A DNA stretch of 64,000 nt from an uncultured Acidobacteriota bacterium (GCA_963805975.1 CAWDVR010000001.1:1455911-1519910); one strand, 5' to 3'. Positions 21,132 through 30,314 are shown, numbered from the stretch's first letter. The notes: a model not told the origin generated them from the sequence alone. Numbers and translations: made by a program.

Positions 21132-21947
21132 ATGAGTAAAGACCCACTGTTGAGCGATCTGGCGCGCCTGGCTCGCGAGGAAGACCGCGGCGAAGACATG
21201 GCCCTCGACGAGCGTTGGGATCGCCTTGCCGCGGGGACGCTCACCGCCGAAGAGGAGGCAGAGCTGAAGGCCCTCGCCGCGACCTCACCCGAGGCGCGGG
21301 ACGCCTACGAGGCCTTCCGGCCCCTCGGAGCCGAGTTCGAGGTTCGGATGGTGGCCGCGGCCGCCGCCGAGCTGAGCGGCGACCACCGAGAGGTCGACCC
21401 TCGGCCGGTGCCGGCTCGCGTGCTCCCGTTTCAGCGGCCTGCGGTGCGCCTGTGGGGCTCACTGGCCGCCGCAAGCGCGGTGGCGGCGTCGCTGCTCCTC
21501 CTCTTGCGCGGGCCGGGCGGACTGCCCCATCTGCCTGTCTACACCGCCGAGCTGAGCGGTGGGAGCCAGATCCTCCGCGGAGGCGACCTGGTCCTGGGGC
21601 CGCCGGTCTTCACCCTCGGTTCGTTGCTGACTCTCGAAGTCCGCCCGGCGCAGTCGGTGAATGGCCTGGTGGAAGCGCGCAGTTTCCTCACCCGCGGCGA
21701 GGAGGTGGTGCGCTGGGAGCGGGAGCCGCCCCTGGAGGTCGCCGGCGGCGCCGTGCGCCTGCGAGGAACGCTCGGCGAGGAGATCCGCCTGCCGGCGGGA
21801 GACTGGCGGCTGTGGATCGTCCTCGCCCGGCCAGGCGAGATGCCGTCGCCCGAGGAGGTCTTGGCAGATCGGGAGAGGAGCAGTGGGGGCCCCGGCTGGC
21901 AGGCGATTTCCGTGGAGCTGCGGGTGGAGGGCCTCTCCGACCCGTGA
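21132..21947 (+). CDS. putative membrane-anchored anti-sigma factor
   Basis: Directly follows the ECF gene. N-terminal segment WDRLAAGTLTAEEEAEL resembles anti-sigma domains, then one TM helix (LWGSLAAASAVAASLLLLL) and a beta-rich extracytoplasmic domain. Confidence 0.65.
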   Translation: MSKDPLLSDLARLAREEDRGEDMALDERWDRLAAGTLTAEEEAELKALAATSPEARDAYEAFRPLGAEFEVRMVAAAAAELSGDHREVDPRPVPARVLPFQRPAVRLWGSLAAASAVAASLLLLLRGPGGLPHLPVYTAELSGGSQILRGGDLVLGPPVFTLGSLLTLEVRPAQSVNGLVEARSFLTRGEEVVRWEREPPLEVAGGAVRLRGTLGEEIRLPAGDWRLWIVLARPGEMPSPEEVLADRERSSGGPGWQAISVELRVEGLSDP

Positions 21948-24685
21948 CCTCCCAGGAATCTCGGCCCGGCCGCGCCTTCGCCTTCCTCGTGGGCCTCGCC
22001 GGGGTGCTGCCGGGCTGCGGGCCCGGACCAGGGCCCGCGCCGCAGGTGGAGTATGCGCGTTGCTGGGCCGTGGACCTGCCCGGCCCGGTTTGCGTGCTCT
22101 ACCCTGATCGCCAGCTCAAGCTGTGGGTCGAGGCTGACCCTCGCGACAGCGTCGAGATCGAGGCCGGGGGCGAGCGCCTGCCAGCCACGGGCGAGGAAGT
22201 GGGGGGCGGCCGGCGTTACCTGCTGGAAGCTCCACCGGCGGCCACCACGCTCAACATCCGCCTGCACCGACCGGACGGCAGAGCGAGCGCGGCCTGGTCG
22301 CTGGCGCTCGCCGAGCCGGAGGCGCCGGCGTGGTTTGGCGAGATTCAAGGGCTTCTCGCGGCCGGCAAGACGGACGAGGCCCGGAGGGTGCTTGCTCCGC
22401 TGCGAGAGTCGGCGCCCGCTCGGCAGCAGGGACTGGTTCTGCAACTGCTGGCGCTGGCGGCCCTCTCCGCCGGAGACAAAGAAGGCGCCCTGGCCCATTT
22501 CGAGAGTGCCAAGGCAGCGGACCATGCCCGCCACCGGTTGAGCGGCGAGGCCCGGAACGCGGCCCTGCTAGCCCGGCTGCAACTGGAGAATGGCCGCTTC
22601 AGAGAGGCTCGTCAGAACCTGGGCGGCCTGTTGCTGACCGAGCCGGCACCGGCCGATGCGAAGGTTCTCGCGGCCTACTACGAGGGCCTCCTGGCGGACC
22701 AAGTGGGTGACTCCCGCCGGGCCTTGCAGCAGCTCCGAGAGGCTGCCGACCTGGCCGACCGAACCGGTCTCCTCCACTATCGCTGGCAGACCGAGCTGAC
22801 CCTGGCCCGGCTGCTCCGGGACCTCGGGCGCTCGCAGAGCGCGGAGGAGATCTTCGTGCGGCTTGCGGCGAACCCCCATTTCGAGACGCCTTGCGACCGT
22901 GGGGTCCTGCTCCAGAACTGGTCCTGGTCGCGGCTGATCGGTCGCGAGGGAGGCGAGGAGGCCATGGACCCGACCGCGATGCTGGAGGAAGCCCTCGCGT
23001 TCTTCGACCGTAACTCCTGCGCTCGTCCGGAGCAACGCCTCAACGCTCGTCTGAACCTCGCGCTCGCTCAGCAGCAGGCCGGCCGCTGGCGTGAGGCGCG
23101 CCGGCTGCTCGCCGAGGCACTGCCGCTGGCGGACCATGCGACCCTGCGCCAGCGCCTGTGGTGGCAGGATCTCGACGGCCGGGCAGCCATCGCCGAAGGC
23201 CAACCGGCGCGTGCCCTGCGCCTCTACCAGGCCCTCCAAGAGATAGCGGAGCAGTCCCTCTCGCGCGAAGGGAGCTTCCGGGCCTGCTTCGGCCGGGCCC
23301 GGGCGGAGCTCGCTCGGGGTCGCCGCGGTGCCGCCCTTGCCACCCTCGTGGAGGCGGATCGGCTCAGCGAGGAGCAGGTCTGGCAGATCCCGCTCCACGA
23401 GGGGCGCGACACTTTTCTTGCCATGCGCGAAGCCGCCACGCGGCTCCACCTGGAGCTCTTGCTGGCGGCCGGGCGGCACGAACAGGCCTTTGCCCTGGCG
23501 AGGCGTTCCCGCTCGCGACTGCTCCGGCAACTGATGGTGCGGGATCGCCTCGCCCAGCTCACCGCGGGAGAGCAGGAGGAATGGGACCGGGCGTTGTCCG
23601 ACTACCAGGCCTTGCGGGCCGAGATCGACCGCGAGGCTGCAGCGGCCTGGCAGCTGCCGAAAGATCAGGTCCGGCGAGCCGGCGAGGGCCGGGCCGCGCA
23701 GCTCGCGGGGGCCCTCGCGGAGCTCGACCGGGCCGTGGCCGGCCTGGGAGATCTCGCGCCGGGCGGCGAGGGGGCGCTCGCCCCGCCGCGGCCGGGTGAG
23801 CTGATCCTGGCCTACCACCCCTTGCCCGGGGGTTGGGTAGGCTTCGCTGCCCACCCCGGCGCGGTCGAGGTGCACCGCTTCGAGCTGTCGCGGGAAGAGC
23901 TCGCCCATCCCGCGGCTCTGGCCCTGAGGCTGCTCGAGCCCTTCCGCTCGGCGATCGCGCAGGCCGAACGGCTGCGGGTGCTGGCCTACGGTGATCTGAG
24001 GCCGATCGACTTCCACGCCCTGCCTTTCGCCGGTGAGCCCCTCCTCGCTCGGCTTCCCGTGATCTTCGGGCTCGATCTACCCACCCGCAGCGCCGCCGGC
24101 CGCGAGGGCCCGCGGATCGCCCTCCTGGTCACCGACCCGGAAGGCAACCTGCCGGCGGCACGGCAGGAGGCCGCCCAAGTCGCCGCGAGAATCGACGGTT
24201 GGGGCCCGGCGTGGGACCTCCGACGCCTCGACCGCCAGGCTGCCAGCGCCGGGGCACTGCGCGCCGCGCTTCCTCGAGCCGAGCTCTTCCACTACGCCGG
24301 TCACGGGGCCTTCGCGGGCTTCGCCGGCTGGGACAGCGTTCTGCGGCTGGCAGACAGCTCGCGGCTGACTCCCGCAGACATCCTGATCCTGCCCCAGGCC
24401 CCCGCCTGGGCCGTCCTCTCTGCCTGCGAAGCGGGGCGATCGTCCGGGGAGGCCCCGGGTGAAGGAATTGGCCTGGCGCAGGCGTTCCTGCTGGCCGGCA
24501 CGCGAGCGGTGGTCGCGGCCACCCGCCCGGTGACGGACCGTGCCGCTCGCGACCTGCTGGGAGAGCTCTACCGCGACTGGAAGCCCGGTGAGGATCTGGC
24601 GCAGGCGCTCCGGGCGGCCCAGCTCGCTTGCCGGCGGCAGGACCCGGCCGCTGACTGGGCGAGCTTCCGACTGCTCGAACCTTGA
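21944..24685 (+). CDS. TPR-CHAT (caspase-like clan CD) protease, probable lipoprotein
   Basis: GTG 21944 overlaps the upstream stop. Lipobox-like GVLPGC, helical repeats, CHAT dyad motifs FHYAGHG and VLSACE, GLAQAFLLAG, terminal WASF. Confidence 0.85.
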   Translation: MTSQESRPGRAFAFLVGLAGVLPGCGPGPGPAPQVEYARCWAVDLPGPVCVLYPDRQLKLWVEADPRDSVEIEAGGERLPATGEEVGGGRRYLLEAPPAATTLNIRLHRPDGRASAAWSLALAEPEAPAWFGEIQGLLAAGKTDEARRVLAPLRESAPARQQGLVLQLLALAALSAGDKEGALAHFESAKAADHARHRLSGEARNAALLARLQLENGRFREARQNLGGLLLTEPAPADAKVLAAYYEGLLADQVGDSRRALQQLREAADLADRTGLLHYRWQTELTLARLLRDLGRSQSAEEIFVRLAANPHFETPCDRGVLLQNWSWSRLIGREGGEEAMDPTAMLEEALAFFDRNSCARPEQRLNARLNLALAQQQAGRWREARRLLAEALPLADHATLRQRLWWQDLDGRAAIAEGQPARALRLYQALQEIAEQSLSREGSFRACFGRARAELARGRRGAALATLVEADRLSEEQVWQIPLHEGRDTFLAMREAATRLHLELLLAAGRHEQAFALARRSRSRLLRQLMVRDRLAQLTAGEQEEWDRALSDYQALRAEIDREAAAAWQLPKDQVRRAGEGRAAQLAGALAELDRAVAGLGDLAPGGEGALAPPRPGELILAYHPLPGGWVGFAAHPGAVEVHRFELSREELAHPAALALRLLEPFRSAIAQAERLRVLAYGDLRPIDFHALPFAGEPLLARLPVIFGLDLPTRSAAGREGPRIALLVTDPEGNLPAARQEAAQVAARIDGWGPAWDLRRLDRQAASAGALRAALPRAELFHYAGHGAFAGFAGWDSVLRLADSSRLTPADILILPQAPAWAVLSACEAGRSSGEAPGEGIGLAQAFLLAGTRAVVAATRPVTDRAARDLLGELYRDWKPGEDLAQALRAAQLACRRQDPAADWASFRLLEP

Positions 24686-24702
24686 GAGACAGCCGGGCCT
24701 GC

Positions 24703-24729
24703 TGTCAGAAACCTCCGCTTCGCCGCGAA
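24703..24729 (+). promoter_or_regulatory. putative ECF promoter, copy 2
   Basis: TGTCAG aaacctccgcttcgccg CGAA in the intergenic region upstream of the S8 gene. Confidence 0.6.
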
Positions 24730-24816
24730 GGCCCTCCTGGGTAGCGGCAATCGATCCACGCGGGGCTCACCCCACCACGGGGCGACCTTTCTCGCCGCGC
24801 CTGGGAGAGATGTCCT

Positions 24817-26961
24817 ATGAAATCCGGAAGCCTTTGTGTCGTAGCCCTGATCGGATTGGTGTGGGCCGCCGCCGGGCATGCGGCTTCGGTGTCGATCCCA
24901 CCCGAAGGCGAAGCCGACTACCCGCAAACGCCGGTCGTGGTGCCACAGACGAGTCGGTCGATCGATCCCAAGAGCGCCATCGCGCACTGGCGGCAGATCG
25001 GCCTGCGGAGCAAGGCCACGGACCGGTGCCCAACGGTGGATGGTTGGGCCGTCGAGAGCCTGCTGAGCCGAGCTCTCTCCTCGACGAACTGTGGGCCCGA
25101 GACCCTCGACCCCCAAGGCCCGTCCGAGGCCGCGCTCCGCGAGGAGCTGACAGACCTCGCCTTGCTGCGAAAGCTTGGGCTGGATCGGATCTGCCTCTAC
25201 ACCGCCGACCCGCGCAACATTCCAGCCTTCAAGAAGGACGGCAAGCTGCCCGCCGACCTGGTGGCAGCGGCACCAGATCGCATGGCCCTGGCGCCAGCCG
25301 CGACGCCGGAAGCTTCGCTCGGCACGCTGGCCTTGGAGAGCTGGCAGATCCTGCGCACCCATTTCCTGGAGCAGGCTGGCAACACCTTCGATCCCGCCAA
25401 CCGGCTGCGCTTCACCGGCAAGCCGAGCGTCCGCCTGGTCTTCCTCGATACCCATCCAACCGGCGAGCGTGTACCGAGCGGTCCCGGTCGCTCGTTTCAC
25501 GGCTACACCCTGGCCCACTTGGCCAACCAACTCATTTGCGGTGGCGAAGCCGGCTGTGCGGTCGAGATCGATACCCGCCTCGCAATGCCCTATGTGAACT
25601 TCGATGAATCGTCCGCCGACGAGGAGAGAGGAGGAAAGATGGGCCTGGTGGCCAACCTCTCTGCGGCGATCCTCGAGGAGGTTTGGCAGTGGCGGCGGGA
25701 TCGCGACCCTGACCGGCCAAAGCACCTGGTGCTCAACCTGTCGTTGGGTTGGGATGGCGAGCTCTTCGGCGATCTCAACGCGCAGACCGTCTCCAGGCTC
25801 GAACCGGGGGTCAGGGCGGTCTACGACGCGCTGACCTTCGCCCGCGACCTCGGAGTGCTGGTGGTTGCCGCCGCCGGCAACGAGCGCGGGGGGCCGGCGA
25901 AGCCCTCCAGCCCCCTGTTTCCCGCCGTCTGGGAGCTGCATAGGCCAGCCAGTGGGCCATTCGCTTCTTGCAGAAAACCGATCTACGCCGTCGGCGGAGT
26001 GGACTGGCAAGGGCTGCCGGTGGCCAACGCCCGCACTGATGGCAAACCACGGCGTTCCGCCTACGCGGATCACGCCGTGACCGGCACCGAAGCCAGAGGA
26101 GCCGAGAGTCCTACGTGGATCTACACCGGAACCTCGGTGGGGGCCGCCGTCACCTCGTCGATCGCCGCCGCCGTCTGGCACCTGCGCCCGGAGCTGGGCC
26201 CAGGCCAGGTAATGAGGTTGATCGACCGCTCCGGAGAATCCCTGGAGGCGCGTGCCGACTTCTACCCCTGGCAGCGGAATCCGCTACTGCGCTGGATCCG
26301 AGGCGAACCGCGGCTCCGCCGGGTGTCTCTCTGCCGCGCGACCGCTCTCGCCCGGGGCCGAGGGCCGGAGTGCTTCTGCCCCAAGTGGAGACGCGAGCCG
26401 CCGGTGCTGGCGCGCCCGATGCCTCCCCCAGCGACCGATTTCGTGGAGAGCGACCCGGAAGCCTATGGTCAGCGCTGCACGTCCACCAGACGGCTGATGG
26501 TCAACGACAACCTCCTGCCAAAGGAGATCTGCCCGGCGGAGAGATTCGGCGACATCGCCAGTCAGCGCTGGACCTTTCCCCAGCCCGAGGACAACCCCTG
26601 CATGGGCTGCGCGCTGATCCCGCCGCGAGAAACCGCCACCTTTCCGGAGCCCGAGGGCCCTCCGCCTTACACCCTGCAGATGGCCCTTCGTCCTGGGTGG
26701 CGCGACGAGGGCGCCGAGATCCTCGCCGCCACCCTCGACATCGAGCGTTTCGAGGGCGACCGGATGACCTACGTGATTTCTCAGGAACATATCGATAGGC
26801 TCAATGATCGAGACCCAATCCCGACCGGGACCAGCATCCAGCTTCTATTCAGCTTGGCCGACCGCGGGTCGCTCTGGGGCTGCACGGCCCGGCTCAACTT
26901 CAAGGTGAGGCGCGGCGACGAGGTCACATCGATCATCGACCCGGTGATCGTGGACCCCTAG
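24817..26961 (+). CDS. secreted S8 (subtilisin-like) serine peptidase, Cys-rich
   Basis: Signal peptide; triad motifs LVFLDT, FHGYTLA and YTGTSVGAA; NLSLG; oxyanion motif VAAAGNE. Confidence 0.85.
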   Translation: MKSGSLCVVALIGLVWAAAGHAASVSIPPEGEADYPQTPVVVPQTSRSIDPKSAIAHWRQIGLRSKATDRCPTVDGWAVESLLSRALSSTNCGPETLDPQGPSEAALREELTDLALLRKLGLDRICLYTADPRNIPAFKKDGKLPADLVAAAPDRMALAPAATPEASLGTLALESWQILRTHFLEQAGNTFDPANRLRFTGKPSVRLVFLDTHPTGERVPSGPGRSFHGYTLAHLANQLICGGEAGCAVEIDTRLAMPYVNFDESSADEERGGKMGLVANLSAAILEEVWQWRRDRDPDRPKHLVLNLSLGWDGELFGDLNAQTVSRLEPGVRAVYDALTFARDLGVLVVAAAGNERGGPAKPSSPLFPAVWELHRPASGPFASCRKPIYAVGGVDWQGLPVANARTDGKPRRSAYADHAVTGTEARGAESPTWIYTGTSVGAAVTSSIAAAVWHLRPELGPGQVMRLIDRSGESLEARADFYPWQRNPLLRWIRGEPRLRRVSLCRATALARGRGPECFCPKWRREPPVLARPMPPPATDFVESDPEAYGQRCTSTRRLMVNDNLLPKEICPAERFGDIASQRWTFPQPEDNPCMGCALIPPRETATFPEPEGPPPYTLQMALRPGWRDEGAEILAATLDIERFEGDRMTYVISQEHIDRLNDRDPIPTGTSIQLLFSLADRGSLWGCTARLNFKVRRGDEVTSIIDPVIVDP

Positions 26962-26983
26962 CGGAATCTCTACGTCTCGCCTC

Positions 26984-27021
26984 ACGCTGCCGGCCGGGGT
27001 CGAGCCCTCGGCCGGCAGCGT
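26984..27021. terminator. hairpin between convergent genes (possible bidirectional terminator)
   Basis: 13-bp perfect inverted repeat ACGCTGCCGGCCG / CGGCCGGCAGCGT; no U-tract. Confidence 0.5.
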
Positions 27022-27285
27022 TCACTGCTCGAGCTCTTCATGGGGCGAGACGGCATACGCTTCGTCGTCTCCGCCGGGCACCAACGTGCAACCCATGCAC
27101 GGGTTGTTCGCGGGCTTGTCCCACGCCCGTACTAACCACCGCTGTAGGAGCTCCCAGAGAGCGCCGACCCCGAAGACCGTTTTCGCCCCACCACGCACCG
27201 GCGCCGCCCCCGCAAGGGACGATCCCGACAGCATGGCAAGGGCTACCACCACGACCACCGCGAAGCGCAGCTCACGTCGTGCCAT
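27022..27285 (-). CDS. small secreted protein (87 aa) with NPCMGC motif
   Basis: GGAGG SD before ATG 27285; signal peptide (MARRELRFAVVVVVALAMLSGSSLAGA); Trp-rich amphipathic segment; then KPANNPCMGCTLVP. Confidence 0.75.
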   Translation of the reverse strand: MARRELRFAVVVVVALAMLSGSSLAGAAPVRGGAKTVFGVGALWELLQRWLVRAWDKPANNPCMGCTLVPGGDDEAYAVSPHEELEQ

Positions 27286-27374
27286 GCCGTCCTCCGTTCG
27301 CTTGCAAGCCCCGCCGGCCACCGTCGGTCGAGTCGGTTCCGGTACTCTAACCCGCGGGCGGTTCACGGTTCTGC

Positions 27375-27401
27375 TGTCAGAAATCCCCCGCGGCCAGCGA
27401 A
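27375..27401 (+). promoter_or_regulatory. putative ECF promoter, copy 3
   Basis: TGTCAG aaatcccccgcggccag CGAA. Confidence 0.55.
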
Positions 27402-27569
27402 GTGCTCTGTATCGAGGCCGGAAGACAGGATCTCCCTGTTTTCACGAGCACGGAGTACTTCATCATGGCAAACGAACGGAGCTTGCGTCGTCGGGAAAAG
27501 CAAGCGATCTACAGCCTCGTAGCGACTTCACAGTGGCCGGGAGAGTGGAGCTGAGGGGCCCGAAAGGGG

Positions 27570-28451
27570 TCAGGCGAGGAGCACCAGCGCCACGCCCACG
27601 GCCATCAGCAATGCCGCCACCAGCTTGCTCGCCGTCACCGGCTCGCCGAAGGCGAGGCGACCGAAGACCACCGCCAGCAGATTGCCCACACCACGCTTGA
27701 CGGTCTCGATCACGCTCACCCAGAGCACCGAGAGGGCCGCGATCTGGAGCGCCAGCGCCGAGAACCCCACCAGCACGCCCGTGGCGAGCAAACCGGGAGC
27801 CGAGCGGGCGGCACCGAGCGAGCCGAGACGGCCGCGTAGGGCGAGCAGCGCGAGGGCCGGCAGAGCGATTCCCAGATTGAGCAACGTGCCGTGTGTCGGC
27901 CCGTTCGCGCGCTCGATCGCCAGCTTGTCGAAGCCGATGGCCACCGCCCACAGGAGCGCCACCGCCAGCATCAGCAGCACTCCGCGCTGCTCGGCCCCGC
28001 GCTGCTTCAGCCACGCGAGGCCCGAGCCCGGCGTGCTGGTCAGCGCGAGCGCGCCCGCCACCACCAGCAGCGTGCCGGCGACCTTCGGCCAGCCCGGCGC
28101 CTCGCCCAGAACGAGCGCGGCGAAGAGCGTGGCGAAGACCGGCGTGAAGCTCAAGAGCGGCACCGTGGTCGAGAGCGGCGCGGCCCGAACCGACGCGAAG
28201 TAGGCAAGGTTGGCCAGTAGGTTGAGCCCGACCGAGCCCAGGGCCGGCAGCCAGTAGGAGCTCGCCGGCGTCGCGAAGCCGCCGGCGAGGCCCCAGAGCG
28301 CGAAGAGCGGCACGTTGGCGGCCGTCATCCAGGCGAGGAGCGGCAGCGGCTCGATCTTCCCCACCAGCAGCTTGCGCAGCAGGTCGAGGCAGCTCCAGCC
28401 CAACGCCGAGGCAAGGAGCGCCGCGACCGACAGGGTCACGATCCCGGTCAT
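27570..28451 (-). CDS. DMT/EamA family transporter
   Basis: About 10 hydrophobic segments in two EamA-like halves (PLLSFTPVFATL..LGE; FGEPV). ATG 28451. Confidence 0.85.
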   Translation of the reverse strand: MTGIVTLSVAALLASALGWSCLDLLRKLLVGKIEPLPLLAWMTAANVPLFALWGLAGGFATPASSYWLPALGSVGLNLLANLAYFASVRAAPLSTTVPLLSFTPVFATLFAALVLGEAPGWPKVAGTLLVVAGALALTSTPGSGLAWLKQRGAEQRGVLLMLAVALLWAVAIGFDKLAIERANGPTHGTLLNLGIALPALALLALRGRLGSLGAARSAPGLLATGVLVGFSALALQIAALSVLWVSVIETVKRGVGNLLAVVFGRLAFGEPVTASKLVAALLMAVGVALVLLA

Positions 28452-28527
28452 GATGGCGGGCAGCCTATCCCACGCGGAGGCTTCCGGCCGGCTGCTACAC
28501 TCCTCCCCCCATGAGACTGGTCCCGCC

Positions 28528-30291
28528 ATGAGACTGGCTCCCGAATTCGTCGCCGACATCCTCGCCCGCCAGGGCAAGGTCACCGCCGAGCAGGCGTTCG
28601 AGATCAAGAAGGAGGCCAAGCTCCTTCCCAACCGCGTCAAGTCGCAGCAGACCTTCGAGCAGACCTCGGTCGCCTACGACCTGATCCAGGGCCTGCGCCT
28701 GCCGGTGCTCGACCGGCCGGGAGGCTTCGTCAACGAGGTGGACATCGGCGAGGCCATCGCCAGGGACGCCGGCCTCGGCTACGTGCGCATCGACACTCTG
28801 ACGCTCAACGCGGACCTCATCGAGTCGAAGATGTCGCGCCCCTTCGCGCGGCGCCACCGCATGCTGCCGCTGGAGTTCGCCAACGGCAAGCTCAAGGTGG
28901 CCTGCGCCAACCCCTTCGACCTCGAGGGCATCGATCAGTTCCGCCGCATCGCCGGCCGCGACATCGAGCTCATGGTGGCGTCCGAGCCCGAGGTGCTGAA
29001 GGCGATCACCGAGTTCTACGGCCTGCGCCACTCGGTGAAAAAGGCCGAGCGCGACCTGGTCTCCGGCATCGACATCAGCAACCTCGAGCAGCTCGTCTCG
29101 ATGAAGAGCGAGACCGAGATCGAGTCCTCCGACCAGCACGTCGTCAACGCCGTGGAGTTCATGCTCCAGCACGCCTACGACAGCCGGGCGAGCGACATCC
29201 ACGTCGAGCCCAAGCGTGAGGACAGCCTGATCCGCTTCCGCATCGACGGCGTGCTGCACGACATCCAGAAGATGCCGAAGGTGGTGCACCGGGCCGTGGT
29301 CTCGCGCATCAAGACCATGGCGCGGCTCGACATCGCCGAGAAGCGCCGGCCGCAGGACGGCCGCATCAAGACCAGCCGCGGCGGGCGCGAGATCGAGCTC
29401 CGCATCTCGACCCTGCCGGTCGCCTTCGGCGAGAAGCTGGTGATGCGCATCTTCGACCCCGAGGTCCTGATGCAGGACCTGACGGGCCTCGGTTTCTACG
29501 CCGACGAGCTCGCCACCTTCCAGGACTTCATCCGCCGGCCGCACGGCATCGTCCTGGTCACCGGCCCCACCGGCTCGGGCAAGACCACCACGCTCTACTC
29601 GGCGCTCAAGGCGATCTCCAACCACGAGCAGAACATCACCACCATCGAAGACCCGATCGAGATGATCTATGAGGAGTTCAACCAGACGGCGGTGCACGCC
29701 AAGATCGACGTCACCTTCGCCAACGCGCTGCGCCACATCCTGCGCCAGGACCCGGACATCATCATGGTCGGCGAGATCCGCGACCACGAGACCGCCCACT
29801 ACACCGTGCAGGCGGCCTTGACCGGCCACCTGGTCTTCTCCACCCTGCACACCAACGACGCCGCGTCCTCGATCACCCGCCTCGCCGACCTCGGCATCGA
29901 GCGCTTCCTCATCACCTCGACGCTGATCGGCACCATGGCGCAGCGCCTGGTGCGGAAGATCTGCCCGCACTGCGCCGTCGAGCGCTCGCTGACCGCCGAA
30001 GAGGCCCAGAGCCTGCGCCTCGCCGTGCCGGCGGGCAAGCGGGTGAAGGTGAAAGAGGGCGCCGGCTGCTTCGAGTGCCGCTCGACCGGCTACCTCGGCC
30101 GCACCGGCATCTTCGAGATCCTGCCGCTCGACGACGCCATCAAGCCCCTGGTCCAGGAAGCCGCCGACGCGCCCCGCATCAAACGCGAGGCGGTCAAGAA
30201 CGGCATGCGCACTCTCCGCCAGTCCGCTCTCCGCAAGCTCGCCGAGGGCCAGACCAGCTTCGAGGAAGTGGTGCGGGTGACGGCGCTGTAG
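28528..30291 (+). CDS. GspE/PilB family secretion/pilus ATPase
   Basis: ASDIHVEP, RIDG, EKRRPQDG, Walker A GPTGSGKTTT, LRQDPD, TGHLVFSTLHTND, CxxC...CxxC zinc motif. Confidence 0.93.
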   Translation: MRLAPEFVADILARQGKVTAEQAFEIKKEAKLLPNRVKSQQTFEQTSVAYDLIQGLRLPVLDRPGGFVNEVDIGEAIARDAGLGYVRIDTLTLNADLIESKMSRPFARRHRMLPLEFANGKLKVACANPFDLEGIDQFRRIAGRDIELMVASEPEVLKAITEFYGLRHSVKKAERDLVSGIDISNLEQLVSMKSETEIESSDQHVVNAVEFMLQHAYDSRASDIHVEPKREDSLIRFRIDGVLHDIQKMPKVVHRAVVSRIKTMARLDIAEKRRPQDGRIKTSRGGREIELRISTLPVAFGEKLVMRIFDPEVLMQDLTGLGFYADELATFQDFIRRPHGIVLVTGPTGSGKTTTLYSALKAISNHEQNITTIEDPIEMIYEEFNQTAVHAKIDVTFANALRHILRQDPDIIMVGEIRDHETAHYTVQAALTGHLVFSTLHTNDAASSITRLADLGIERFLITSTLIGTMAQRLVRKICPHCAVERSLTAEEAQSLRLAVPAGKRVKVKEGAGCFECRSTGYLGRTGIFEILPLDDAIKPLVQEAADAPRIKREAVKNGMRTLRQSALRKLAEGQTSFEEVVRVTAL

Positions 30292-30314
30292 CTTCCGGCT
30301 CGAACGCCTTGCAC

